Shown: in pieces, positions 25,000-36,689 of the stretch
Layout: every line of letters starts with the position of its first letter
Position numbering within the stretch: position 1 is the first letter of the stretch
Notes under the pieces: model-generated
Told to the model about the DNA's origin: nothing
Seen by the model: only the letters and a program-made list of their open reading frames with translations
Databases searched by the model: none
Made by a program: the position numbers and the translations under genes
NCBI GenBank assembly: GCA_015680685.1
Contig: MNCI01001197.1
Coordinates: 249,272 to 313,271 of the forward strand
Direction: 5' to 3'
Origin: Gnetum montanum
Taxonomy: Eukaryota > Plantae > Gnetophyta
DNA: 64,000 bases

Positions 25000-27900
25000 A
25001 TTAAAGCATGAGTACTTTGAAGCATATCAGTTTACCTTTGTGCCTACATGAACCCCATGGTGATGTTGAATAATGTATTGACCTTGATTGTCTAGATCTT
25101 GAGCTTGAGAGTCTTGTGGGTCACATAGCCTCTATTCTAAAACCCTTAGAATGGCCTAAAAACCTAGTTAAAACCCTTGACCTTGAGGCTAGTGACATAA
25201 CTGAAGACTCTTTATTCAAGGTTCCTATCATAACACATAGCGGTGAGGAGAAAACACTTAAACTAAATTCCACATTGGAACCTCAATAGGCTCAAGATGT
25301 CACCAAGGTCCTACAGGATAATATTAAGGCTTTTGTCTAGTCATATGAGGATATGCTAGGTTTAGACCCATGTTTGGTCTAGCACAACATCATACTTAAT
25401 CCTAGCATTAGACCAGTTAAGAAGAAAGTACGCAAGATTAGACATGATTTGGCCTTAGTATTTCATCATGAGATCTCAAAACTCTACCAAGAAAGTTCCA
25501 TCCAAGTTGTTAACTACATGGAATGGTTGTTCAACATAGTGGTAGTTCCTAAGAAAAATGGAAGTATCCATATTCGCATTGATTTCTGAGACCTAAATAA
25601 AGCAACTATCAAGGATGACTTCCCTTTGCCTAGTATTGATCAACTTATCGATACTACAGCTGAACATACCTTGTTGTTATTTATGGATGAATTCTTAGGA
25701 TACAAACAAATTAGGATCAACCCAGAGCACCAAATTAGCATAACCTTCATGATCCCTTGGGGGTACCTTTTGCTATACTATGATGTCCTTTGGCCTTAAT
25801 AATGTAGGAGCAACCTATCAACAAGCCATGACCCATATCTTCAATGATTACATGCTAGGTTTACTCAAGCATTACGTAGACAATATAGCAGTTAAGTTCA
25901 AAGTTGCCAACGACCATACTAATGACCTAGATCTTGTGCTTAAATGATGTCCTAAGTACAAGCTTAGGCTCAATCCCAAGAAGTGTGTCTTCAATGTTAA
26001 GACTGGTAAGATGCCTAACTTTATAGTGTTTGATGCAGGGATACATGACAATTTGATAAGGTTAAGGCCATATCCATATTAGCAATGCCTACCAACCTTA
26101 AGAAACTTTATGGATTACAAGGAAAATTACAATTTATTTGTAGGTTTATTAGTAGACTTACAAATTAGTTACAGTCCATACAATACTTGCTCAAGAAAGG
26201 GATTCACTATGAGTGGATGGCTCAATGCTAAGAGCCCTTTGAAAACCTTAAGCAAGAGTTGGCACAATTGCTGATAGTTTATCCTCCACAAGAAGGTAAA
26301 CTATTTAACATTTGCCTTATCATATCTGACACATCCATCACCTCTCTACTCTATCAAAAACATGATGATGGAGTAGAGATACCAATATACTACCTTAGCC
26401 ATGCATTAGTTTCCCATGAGACCTGATACACTAAAGTGTAAAAGTATTTTCTAGCACTAGTCTTCTCATTGAAGAAGTGGAGACACGACCTCTTCAAGAG
26501 CCAAGTTAATGTCATTTGCAAAGACAATGTACTCAGAGTCATAATGACCAACATCTATGAAAGTAGTTGTATAGCCTAATGGAAAGCCATACCTATGGAG
26601 TTTGACCTTCATTACGTCCCTCAATCCTCAAAAAAAGATCAAGCTATAGCCGTTCAACTCACGGTATCACTTGCTGATGACCAAGAAGCCATAGATCCTA
26701 AGTTCCTTGATGAGCACATTAACATCATTAGCTACATACCCAAGGGTTATGAGGTGGTCATGAACTTTGATGGAGCTTCAACTATCTATGAAGCTAGTGT
26801 CGCTACCATCATAGCATTTCCATCTTGTGAAATCTAACCCTTCACCTATCATTTTGAATTTCCATGTACCAACGACATAATAGAGTATGAGGGTTTGATT
26901 AGAGGAATGATAGTAGCTCATGACCTAGGGATCAATGGATTAATGATTAAAGGTGATTTTCAACTTGTGGACAACCAAGTAATCAAGGTCTATACATGTA
27001 AAGCCAAACATTTAAAACTATATTGTGACCTAGGGAAGTAATTGTTACAATAATTTGTAGACATTGATATCCAACACATACCTTGAAATGAGAACACTAT
27101 AGTCAATACAATTGCAATGTTGGTCCTTAATGTAACATTAGATGTATTTTACAAGTTGCCCACTTTAATTGTGGGACTGTACAATTCCCATTATACAAAA
27201 TGCTAAGGATACCTTTGTGGTCATAGTTCATACTACTCCTACTAGAGAGTGGTATGATAATATCAAATTTTATCTTATGCATGGTGAATCCTCATAAGGT
27301 CTTACTACTGCTCAAAATGATGTTGTACATAAATAATCAGAAAAAATATATCATAGTAAGCAATAACACATTATGTTGACAATCCTACAATGGCATATAG
27401 CTAAAGTGCTTAGGTAAAGCCAAGGCCAAAAAAATCATAGAGCATGTTCATGAGTGTGTTTATGGAGGACATATAGAACCTAGATCTATGGTCTCTAAGA
27501 TTAGACGGTTAGGCTACTACTGGCCCTATATGGAAAGTGACTGCCTATAAAAGGTTAAGCCCCATGACACATGCCAACGACATAGCAACCTTATACACAT
27601 ACCATCAACTAAGTTACATACCACTTGGATAACCTAGTCATTTCAATGATGGGGATGTGATATCATTGGATCTATAATAGCTAAGTCTTCTGCAGGGCAT
27701 AACTTCATCATCACCATGACCAAATACTTTACTAAGTGGGTTGAGGCTATTCCCCTAAGAAAGACTACATTTGAACAAGTCTGTAAATTTATCTTGGAAA
27801 ACATTGTAGCCTATTTTAGCATACCCATGACCATAGTTACAAATAGTGAACCATAATTTAGCAACCAAGAAACAAAGGATTTCTACCACAACCTAGGAAT

Positions 27901-28492
27901 TAAGCATTCTTTCTCATCACTTTATTACCCTCAAGCCAATGGAAAAGTAGAAGCAAGCAACAAGGCCATCATCAACTTTCTCAAGAATATGCTCAATAAT
28001 AGCAAGCATAAATGTCATGAATGGGTTATCTAGGCACTTTGCACCTATCGTACAACTTACCATACAGTAACTGGTGTAACACCTTATAGCTTGGTTTATG
28101 CTTCTAAAGTTGTTTCACCTTTTAAATTGCATGTGTCATTGCCTCAAATAGCCCTAACCAACTTCATCAATGATGAAAAAGGAAAGGAGTTGGGGATAAT
28201 AAACCTGGGCTTGGTGAAGGAGCACTGTATGCAAGTACTTGCTCACGTCAAGCACTATCAACAAAGGTAGAAATGGTAGCACCAACATAACTTGATCAAG
28301 AGTAAGATCAAGGAGGGTGAAGTGGTTCTCAAATCCATCCACAAACATGTAGATAAAATTTTTAGCTAACTGGGAAGGGCCCTTCCTTATCACTAGAGCC
28401 TACAGTAATGGAGTATTCAGGATCGTCAAAATGGATGGGAATGAGCTACCCAATATAGCCAATCATTCCTATCTAAAGCCTTATTACATTTG
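25000..28492 (+). pseudogene. pol: RT-RH-aRH-INT of element B (heavily decayed)
   Basis: AFV*SYEDMLGLDP (~25330), IDF*DLNKA, YVDNI (~25874), LNPKKC; aRH VMNFDGAS..FPCTND..EYEGLI..KGDF (~26755-26970); INT GCDIIG, YFTKWVEA, YYPQANGKVEA, WEGPF. Confidence 0.9.
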
Positions 28493-28549
28493 ACCCACAT
28501 GTAACCTACAGTAGCCATGACGTTGATGATCATAAACAAGTAAGCCTAC

Positions 28550-28760
28550 TTTACCATGGCTTGCTAAAGTCTCAAATCGACAGTATAACCTATCAAGTTC
28601 TTAAGTCAACAACATGGCCTACCAAGGCCTTAAGCTAGAAATACGACCTATCAAGGCCTTAAACTAGTGCCATGATCTACTATGACCTTAAACTAGCACC
28701 ATGGCCTACTAGGGCCTTAAACTAGTATCATGACTTGCCACAACCTTAAAATGGCAACAT
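28550..28760. repeat. 29-bp minisatellite, array 3 (after integrase)
   Basis: Same unit as arrays 1 and 2, e.g. CATGGCCTACTAGGGCCTTAAACTAGTAT. Confidence 0.85.
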
Positions 28761-29420
28761 TGGTGACTTAGGTAGCTTAATTTTATCATTCTATGTGGCC
28801 TATATACATTATAATGTTATAACATGTTCTGTTTGCTTAGTTTTCTTGTCCTCTTGGAGTTGTGTTTGTAGGATGAAGCCTAGAGCTATTACAAAAGGTA
28901 CAACTCATTATGACAAGAAGTAACCAAATGACCTTAATGTGCAAGGATTGGTGGGTTTTTCCTACTACATCAAGAGTGCTTGTACCATTTCCCTCCATCT
29001 AGCACCACTCTGTGAGCCCAACCCTATAACTTGATGATAGCCTTCAATACCTTAGAAAACAATGTTGACATATTTTTGCTACTCATGAACTATAATCATA
29101 TGAAATCTCTTTATCATACTCCATCTTCAAGTCCACTTGAATGTAACATAGCTCATTCAATAGAGAAATAATTAAGTCCATCGAGCATAACACAACTTGC
29201 TTGATGGGATAACCCCCAAATCTGTTGAGTGTAATGCAACTCACTCAATGGGAAAACCAAATCAAACTGGCATTACAATTGAAACCAGATCATCTAAGGC
29301 ACCTTGAATCTCAATTTTTCATAAAGGCCCTGGGGATTCAAGGTTGAGGCTATCCATGGCTAAGAATCCTTGACTTTATAGTGACCAAAATTTTCTATTG
29401 CAACATTTGACTTCTAAAAC

Positions 29421-32400
29421 ATAGGAGTTAATGTGTTCTACACCATAATATGAGCCATACCAATAGCCATTATAATTAGTGAGGTAACCTTCTATGACTT
29501 GTTTAGTATTTCTACTAATGGGATGATGATTTCCACCAAACCAATGAAGGAGGTTGGCCATCGTAAGAAAGTTGAGGAGTGGAATGGTGCCAACAAGGAC
29601 CACTCTAGGCTTGCCTTGGATGGCTTCACAAACCCTGAAACAATAGAATCATATCCTTTTTTCTGATCTTGTGCTAATGAGTGGTGAGGTACCCCTATGC
29701 TCAACTGTATGAATCACAAGTGTTCACGCATGATCTAGTCAAATTACATGGGCGGAACTAGTTGTGGCATCTAGATCATTATGCTTTTATCATAATCCAC
29801 TATCTTCCCACTTGGGCTAGTGGTAGCCTTGTCACATATGGTTTAGTCCAAAGTGAGGCATATGATCTTGTTTCTAATTCTATGCTACTCTTGATGACGC
29901 TAAAGAGATGGATTAATTAAACTAATGAATACTAGAAAACAAGATCTAAACTAGCCTAAGGGTGATGAGTATCCACACTTAATCATCTATACATGTCTTG
30001 GACTTCGTGAGGCTACTTTTGGGAGTGTCAAGTATATGTCGCTGGTTATGCCAAATGATACACTTCTGGATTATCAAGTATTTCCACTTAAATGCTTGTG
30101 ATTAAGGTGTACACACTCCGCTTAATGATAGAAATAGTAAATAATAATAAATGGAAATGTTTAACTAAAGAAATCATTAAATAAGTAAAGTAATAATATT
30201 AATCTAAGTGGATGCTACAATGATGGAAGTAATCTCGATCTTTATTGTTAGTCATGTAACATGTCCAAGTATGTAACACTTGAACAAAGGTGTCGTACAA
30301 TTACAAGAATCACTTTGTGGGCATGCATTGGGAATATTCTAACTCTAGAGAAAAAAAGCTGCAAGAGCTTTGCTACTCTAACTAAAAAACTATATATAAA
30401 TCATGAGCCCAAGCCCTATATTTATAGATCAAAGTACACCCCGTGACGTTGGGTATCCGACATTGCATCCTGGCTTCAACGTCGCATACACAATGTCAAG
30501 TATCTAATGTCAGGGCACTAATACAAGCCTTTGACATCAAGGCTAGGCAAAACATGACTCATCATACCCCCACAACTGAATGAAATTGCATCCTCTAGTT
30601 TAAAAAAATGAGAAACAAGTTCCTTACAAAATATATTGGATAGGTATGGGATTATTAACTGACATATAGACTGACTCAGATGGAACATATAGATTCTAAG
30701 TGCCCGAATGTATAGAATTACAATTTTTACAAAATGGGATGTTCATGATAAAAGAAGTAAACACCCTAAATAACACTAACATCCAACACCTCTTGGTACC
30801 AAAAAAATCAGGGAGAAGATCCAACGATCATGAATGGTCCTCATTGTGTGGTACTACCACATCTTCCTTGGTGAAGATAGTCCCACTTCTAGTCCATGCT
30901 TCTAACTGCAACCATAATAGAATCATGAATTAGTATGTAAGGTATAATAAATAGCTATTAAGTACCTTGTCTCTTTGATGGTTACACTCGTCTAGGTTGT
31001 GATTTTGGTAGATTGATTCCTTTAGTAGTGTTAGCAGGAAGGCTAACAAGTAGGGTCAAATAGATAAGGGGTCCATTAAATTTGAAAAAGTTTGACACAA
31101 GAAAATATTTGAAGAGGGTGTAAGTAATCACAACAATAAAAAGGAAAGTTTACTAAAAAATTTTGTGAAGATGTGCACAATTGGATGTCATTAATGGGGT
31201 AAACAAAAAGATTTAATTGTAAGAGTGTCTAAGGGTAAAGAACTTAACTAACCCAACCTAATGATATGCAAGAGGGTCCTCCAAAAATTAGGCATAGGCC
31301 TTTTATGCCTTGCATAACTCCAAACCAAAGAGTCTGTATGCTCCATGGATGATTAATGGTTATAAAAAGTTAAGTACAAAAACCTAAAAGTAACTAAGTA
31401 AAAATTCCAACACATCAAACCAAGACACTGAATTAAGAACATGAAACCAACAACAAGGTGAAACATGGAAAGCATAGATAGATGACAGAGAGAGTATCCA
31501 TGCTTAATCATCTATACACATCTTGGACTTCTTAAGGCTACTTTTGGGACTACCAAGTGTATGTCACCGGTTATGCTAAGCGACACACTTCAGATTACCA
31601 AGTATTTTCACATAAATGCTCATGATTAAGGCATATGCATTTCACTTAATGACAGAAATAGTAAATAAAAATAAATGAAAATGTTTAACTAAAGAAAGCA
31701 TTAAATAATTAAAGTAATAAAATTAATCTAAGTGGATGATGTAATGATGGAAGTAATCTCGATCTTTATTACCAATCATGTACTGTGCCCAAGTACATCA
31801 CACTCAAACAAAGGTGTCATATGATTACAAACATCACTATGTGGGCATGCACTAATAATATTCTAACTCTAGAGAAAATAAACTACAAGACCTTCACTAC
31901 TCTGATAGAAAAACTATATATAAATCATAAGCCTGAGCCCTATATTTAGAGATCGAAGTACACCTCCATGACGTCGGGTATCCAACATCACATCCTGGCT
32001 CCAACGTCACGTACGTGATCTTGGGTACTTGATATTGAGTCACTAATACAAGGCTCTAACATCAAGGCTCCAACATCAAAACTAGGTAAAACTTGACTCA
32101 TCATACCCACACAATTGAACAAAGACTTGTCCTCAAGTTAAACAAAACAAGGAATAAGTTCCTTACAAAATATATTGGGTAGGTATGGGATTATTGATTG
32201 ACATACAAACTAACTCAGATGGAACATATAGACTCTGAGTGCCCAAATTACAATTTTTACAAAATGGGATGTTCATGATAAGAGAAGTGAACACTCTAGA
32301 TAACACTAACATCCAACACCCCTTGGTAGTAGAAAAATGAAAAGGAAGATCCAATGATCATGAACGGTCCTCATTGTGTGGTACTACCAAATCATCCTTG

Positions 32401-35400
32401 GTGAAGATAGTCCTGTTTCTAGTCCATGCTTCCCATTGCAATCATAATAGAATCATGAATTAGTATGTAAAGTGTAACACATAGTTGTTAACTTGTCTCT
32501 TTGATGGTTACACTTGGCTAGGTTGTGATTGTGGTAGATTGATTCCTTTAGTAGTGTTAGCAAGAAGGCTAACAAATAAGGTCAAATAGATAAGGGGTCC
32601 ATTAAATTTGAAAAATTTTGACACAAGAAAATATTTGAAGAGGGTGTAAGAAATCACAACAATAAAAAGGAAATTTCACTAAAAAATGTTGTAAAGATGT
32701 GCAAAATTGGATGTCATTGATGGGATAAACAAAAAGATTTGATTGTAAGAGTGTCTAAGGGTAAATAACATAACTAACCCAACTAAAAGATATGCAAGTG
32801 GGTCCTCCCCAAAGCAAGCATAGGCCTTTTATGTCCTTACATAACTTAAAACCAAAGAGTCCATAGGCTTCGTGAATGATTAATGGTTACAAAAAGTTAA
32901 GTACAAAAACCCAAAAGTAACTACCTAAGAACTCTAACACATCAAACCAAGACATCGAATCAAGAACATGAAACTAGCAGTGAGGTGAAACATGGAAAGC
33001 ATAGATGGATGAGAGAGTGCGTATCTACATTTAATCATTCATACATGTCTTGGACTTCATGAGGCTACTTCTGGGATTGCCAATTGTATGTCACTAGTTA
33101 TGCCAAATGATATACTTCTGGATTACCAAGTATTTCCACTTAAACACTTGTGATTAAGATGTACACATTCTGCTTAATGACAAAAATAGTAAATAATAAT
33201 AAATAAAAAATTTTAACTAAAGAAAGCATTAAATAATTAAAGTAATAATATTAATCTAAGTGGATGTTGCAATGATGGAAGCAATCTCGATCTTTATTGC
33301 CAATCATGTAACATGTCCAAGTACATCACACTTGAACAAAGGTGTTGTACGATTACAAACATCACTCTACAAGCATGCATTGGACATATTCTAACTTTGG
33401 AGAAAACAAACTATAAGAGCTTTGCTACTCTAACTAGAAAACTATATATAAATCATGATCCTAAACCCTATATTTATAGATCAGAGTACACCTCATGATG
33501 TCAAGTATCTGACATAGCATCCTAGCTCCAATGTCATGTATGTGACATTAGGTATCCAACATCAAGGCACTAATACAAGGCTCCAATACAGGGTTCTAAT
33601 TTCATGGCTTTGACATCAAGGCTTCAATGTCAAGGCCAAGAAAAACATGACTCATCACACGCCTTTCCTAAACTATTATCACAAACAAAGGTAATTGGTA
33701 TCACACAAGGATGGACCTTTAAAAAGGTGTTAACAAAGGACATGCACTTCAACTAGGCTCCTTGGCTACAAACTTCAAGCAGAAAATCCTCAAACTCTAT
33801 AGAGACACCTCAACAATGATCCATATGCATTATCCATTCTTTCCAAGTTATTTGAAGAGATTTACAAAGGTATTAGTGGTGAGTTGATGGATGAGCTAGG
33901 ATCCGAACCAACTCTCTAGGCCTTGGATAAAGCATCTTTATCCAACTATGCAAGCCCAAAATCCACCAGAGAACATGGAAGACTCATGCCTATTACCACC
34001 AAAGCATTTGATGGTACATGGTGTGAATCCCTTGACATCATAGGGAAGAAGCCCTTGACAATTCCAGCAAATGTTCTGAGGGCCCGTAAATTGCATACCA
34101 AGGCTAACAAGGTAGCCAAGGCCAAGTTGAAATGGCCCAAAGAGGAAGCACCATAGTAGAAGATCCTCTTTAGGCTCATCTGATCACATTAGGTAGTTTT
34201 AGGTAAGTTTAGCTATATTTTTTTTAATGTTTTTTAGCTATATTATGTTATATACCTTATAGCTACACACGGTAACCTGTCCAATAGGTTATGATTACAA
34301 ATCAATGGTAGGAGATGGTAGCTCAAGCTACCGCTATAGAAGAAGAGTACAGGCATGTGAAGGAGAAGGATAGATGTGCTACTAAGGAGCAAAGTTGTGT
34401 GGCTATTGTAGTAGCAAAAGAACAAAGGCATGAAGAGGAGGCATTCTTACAACAACATGAGGCTGAAGGATTGGCCAACATTGACATCAATGATCTAGAC
34501 ACTTTATTCAGTGAGCCACTACTAGGGAAGCCCCCACTCATCATCCCTGATGAGAATGAGAATCCAAATATGCTTATGTCTTAGCTCCACTCATTATAAC
34601 CTATGGTTTTATGCTTGGCTTTCATTCTAACCTCTTGATGATTTTTATTATTTTTTTTTAGTTCCTAATCCATTAGTAAAGGCCTCTACATTGACATTTC
34701 ATAAGAAGCCATGGGTAGAGATCCTGAACAAGATAGAATTCATGCACTGGATGTCAAAGGACATCATCGATCTTCTACAACAAGTTGCACTTGAGATTGT
34801 TAAGACCTATGTTTTACTATGTCTTAGTCATTTTTCTATGGTTTCATTTCATGTTATGGCTATCCTAGGTTGTATATAATGTTTATGGTTATATTTTTTG
34901 TTTTTAGTTCCGTTAGTTTTATGGGACCTAGCCCAAGACATGGAGTTTTACTTCTTGACTAAGCTTCCTTGTGACACTCAAAATGTCCCCATGAAGCTAT
35001 AAAAAACTACTGCCAATCTTGTAGTTTCATGTGCCAAAGCTTCATGGGAGTTTCAGAGGTCCAACAAATCCCTAGATGAGCAAGTTGTGCCCTTGAGGGA
35101 GGAAAATAAAAGGCAAGTTGAGAGGATCAAAGATCTTGAGGATCGTAAAGCCTTCGTTGAGGCCCAAGTGGACAACTCGGAGAACTTATAGATCAAAGAG
35201 ATCACGTGGACCTACTACTGGCATACAATCCATGATAAGGTGGTCCTTTCTAGCAAGCTAGTTAAGCAGTAGATACAGATGGATCTAATCTCCTGAAAGG
35301 TCCAAGACTAGAATGATTATAGTGCTTGGGTCCTAGAGTGGGGTTAGGCATAAAAAGATCACAAGAGATAATATAAGACCAATTGGGAGGCATACTTGAA

Positions 35401-35930
35401 GTGGATAAAGAAAGATGACTAAATGACATAAGATGGAGCTATTCATTCAGGGTATTTAGGCTAAGAGTACTTGCAAACTCTTTTAGAGCACTCTGATAAT
35501 CATTGAATCTCCTTCTCCTTAGGTCACTATGGCTGAAGATGAGGTTTCTATGACTATAGTCTCATAAGAGCCACCATCATGGACAAGAGTGGACAAGACT
35601 GACATCCTCATAAGCATCAATTTTAGGGATGTTAACTGGGCCAACATGATAGAAGATCATACTCTCCATTATTTTGAGACTAGCCTTCAGCATCTTCCCC
35701 AAGTGCTCATGGAGCTAGATTCCTTGCAGGCTTTATGACTTTCATATTTTGAATTTTAATTTTTAATTTTATTTAAGTTATGATTTTGTCTATTAGATAC
35801 TGATTAATTGTATGTTGGTGTGTCAAAGGCATCAAGCAATATTGGCAGCCCCAATGATGATGGTGATGATGATGATCAACCACCTCCTCTTCTGAATGTC
35901 CCCTTAACAACACTAGATTCTTGAAGTGAC
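29421..35930 (+). pseudogene. Second copy (3' part) of the accessory gene, split by insert D
   Basis: GGAGTTAATGTG..GTTGAGGAGTGG..CACTCT matches the reverse complement of 17280-17460. It resumes at 33658 (AFPKLLSQ), with AT-rich introns at matching positions (~34200, 34590, 34800-34907). Confidence 0.75.
29675..33657 (-). mobile_element. Insert D: non-coding Athila-derived element with three LTR copies in tandem (period ~1.54 kb)
   Basis: Termini T(A/G)ATGAG...CTCATCA; flanks TGTGC (29670-29674) and CACGC (33658-33662). LTR starts on minus at 33657, 32103 and 30564, the last two preceded by Athila-type PPTs. 29675-29745 matches the U5 end of element F's LTR. Confidence 0.85.
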
Positions 35931-36204
35931 AACACCTTTTGTTGAATTTATTTCACTTTTCATGTTGGATGTTATATGGACAATGTTGGCTAATGTTTGA
36001 GTTGTAGACAATTTGACACTTATGGTTTATTGTTTTAACACTTATGCCACGGAGTGTGACCATGGCTATATATTTTTAAAATGTTTTAACATTTAAGTTT
36101 TCAATTTTAGTTTTGGCTATATATGTTATTGATGGCTTTACTATTTTAAGGTTTTAAGGTTATAAATGTTGTAAATAACTATGAAAGGCTAGAGGATGAG
36201 GACT

Positions 36205-36470
36205 TCTTACAAGTTTTAGGCCTTGGTGGGCTATACATTTTTCACCAATTTAAGACCATGGTAGCCTGCAATGCTAGTTTAGAGTATTAGTAGACTACAA
36301 TGCCAATTTAGAGTCTTAGTAGACTGTGATGTCAATTTAAGGCCTTAATAGGCCATGGGTTTTGCCAGCTTTAGGCCATGGTGGGCCTTTGAAGGTGTTT
36401 TTGTTTTGCTAGTTTAAGGCCATGGTAGGCCATATAATGTTGCTAGTCATGGGCCATGGCAAGCCCAGGT
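36205..36470. repeat. 29-bp minisatellite (reverse complement of array 1)
   Basis: TTTAAGGCCATGGTAGGCCAT / TTTAGAGTCTTAGTAGACT units. Confidence 0.8.
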
Positions 36471-36689
36471 TGAAAGGAAACTCATTTTTTGGTGATTTTC
36501 TATTTTAAATTTTTTATGGGTTTTCTAATTTATATCATGCTAGACAAGGACAATAAATAAATAAAAATGTCATAATAAATAGAGATGTACATAAAATCAA
36601 GTCTTTAGCCTACATGCTACAAAGGTTAAAACAAAGCCAACAAAAATAAAGAAAATAAAAATACTCAACAGGCAACAAAGGAAATCTAG

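Larger units (their letters stand above)
11953..29420 (+). mobile_element. Element B: Ogre/Tat-type Ty3/gypsy element (gag-PR, ~11-kb insert, RT-RH-aRH-INT); interrupted in gag by A and 3'-truncated
   Basis: Degenerate gag C-terminus and PR at 12000-14060, pol at 25000-28490 with aRH between RH and INT. No LTR of its own is visible in the window. Confidence 0.85.

Noticed and set aside
30261-33498. Repeated short ORFs (MSKYVTLEQR.. / MSKYITLEQR..)
   Set aside because: They lie antisense within repeated LTR copies, are not called in the middle copy, and show no protein motif.
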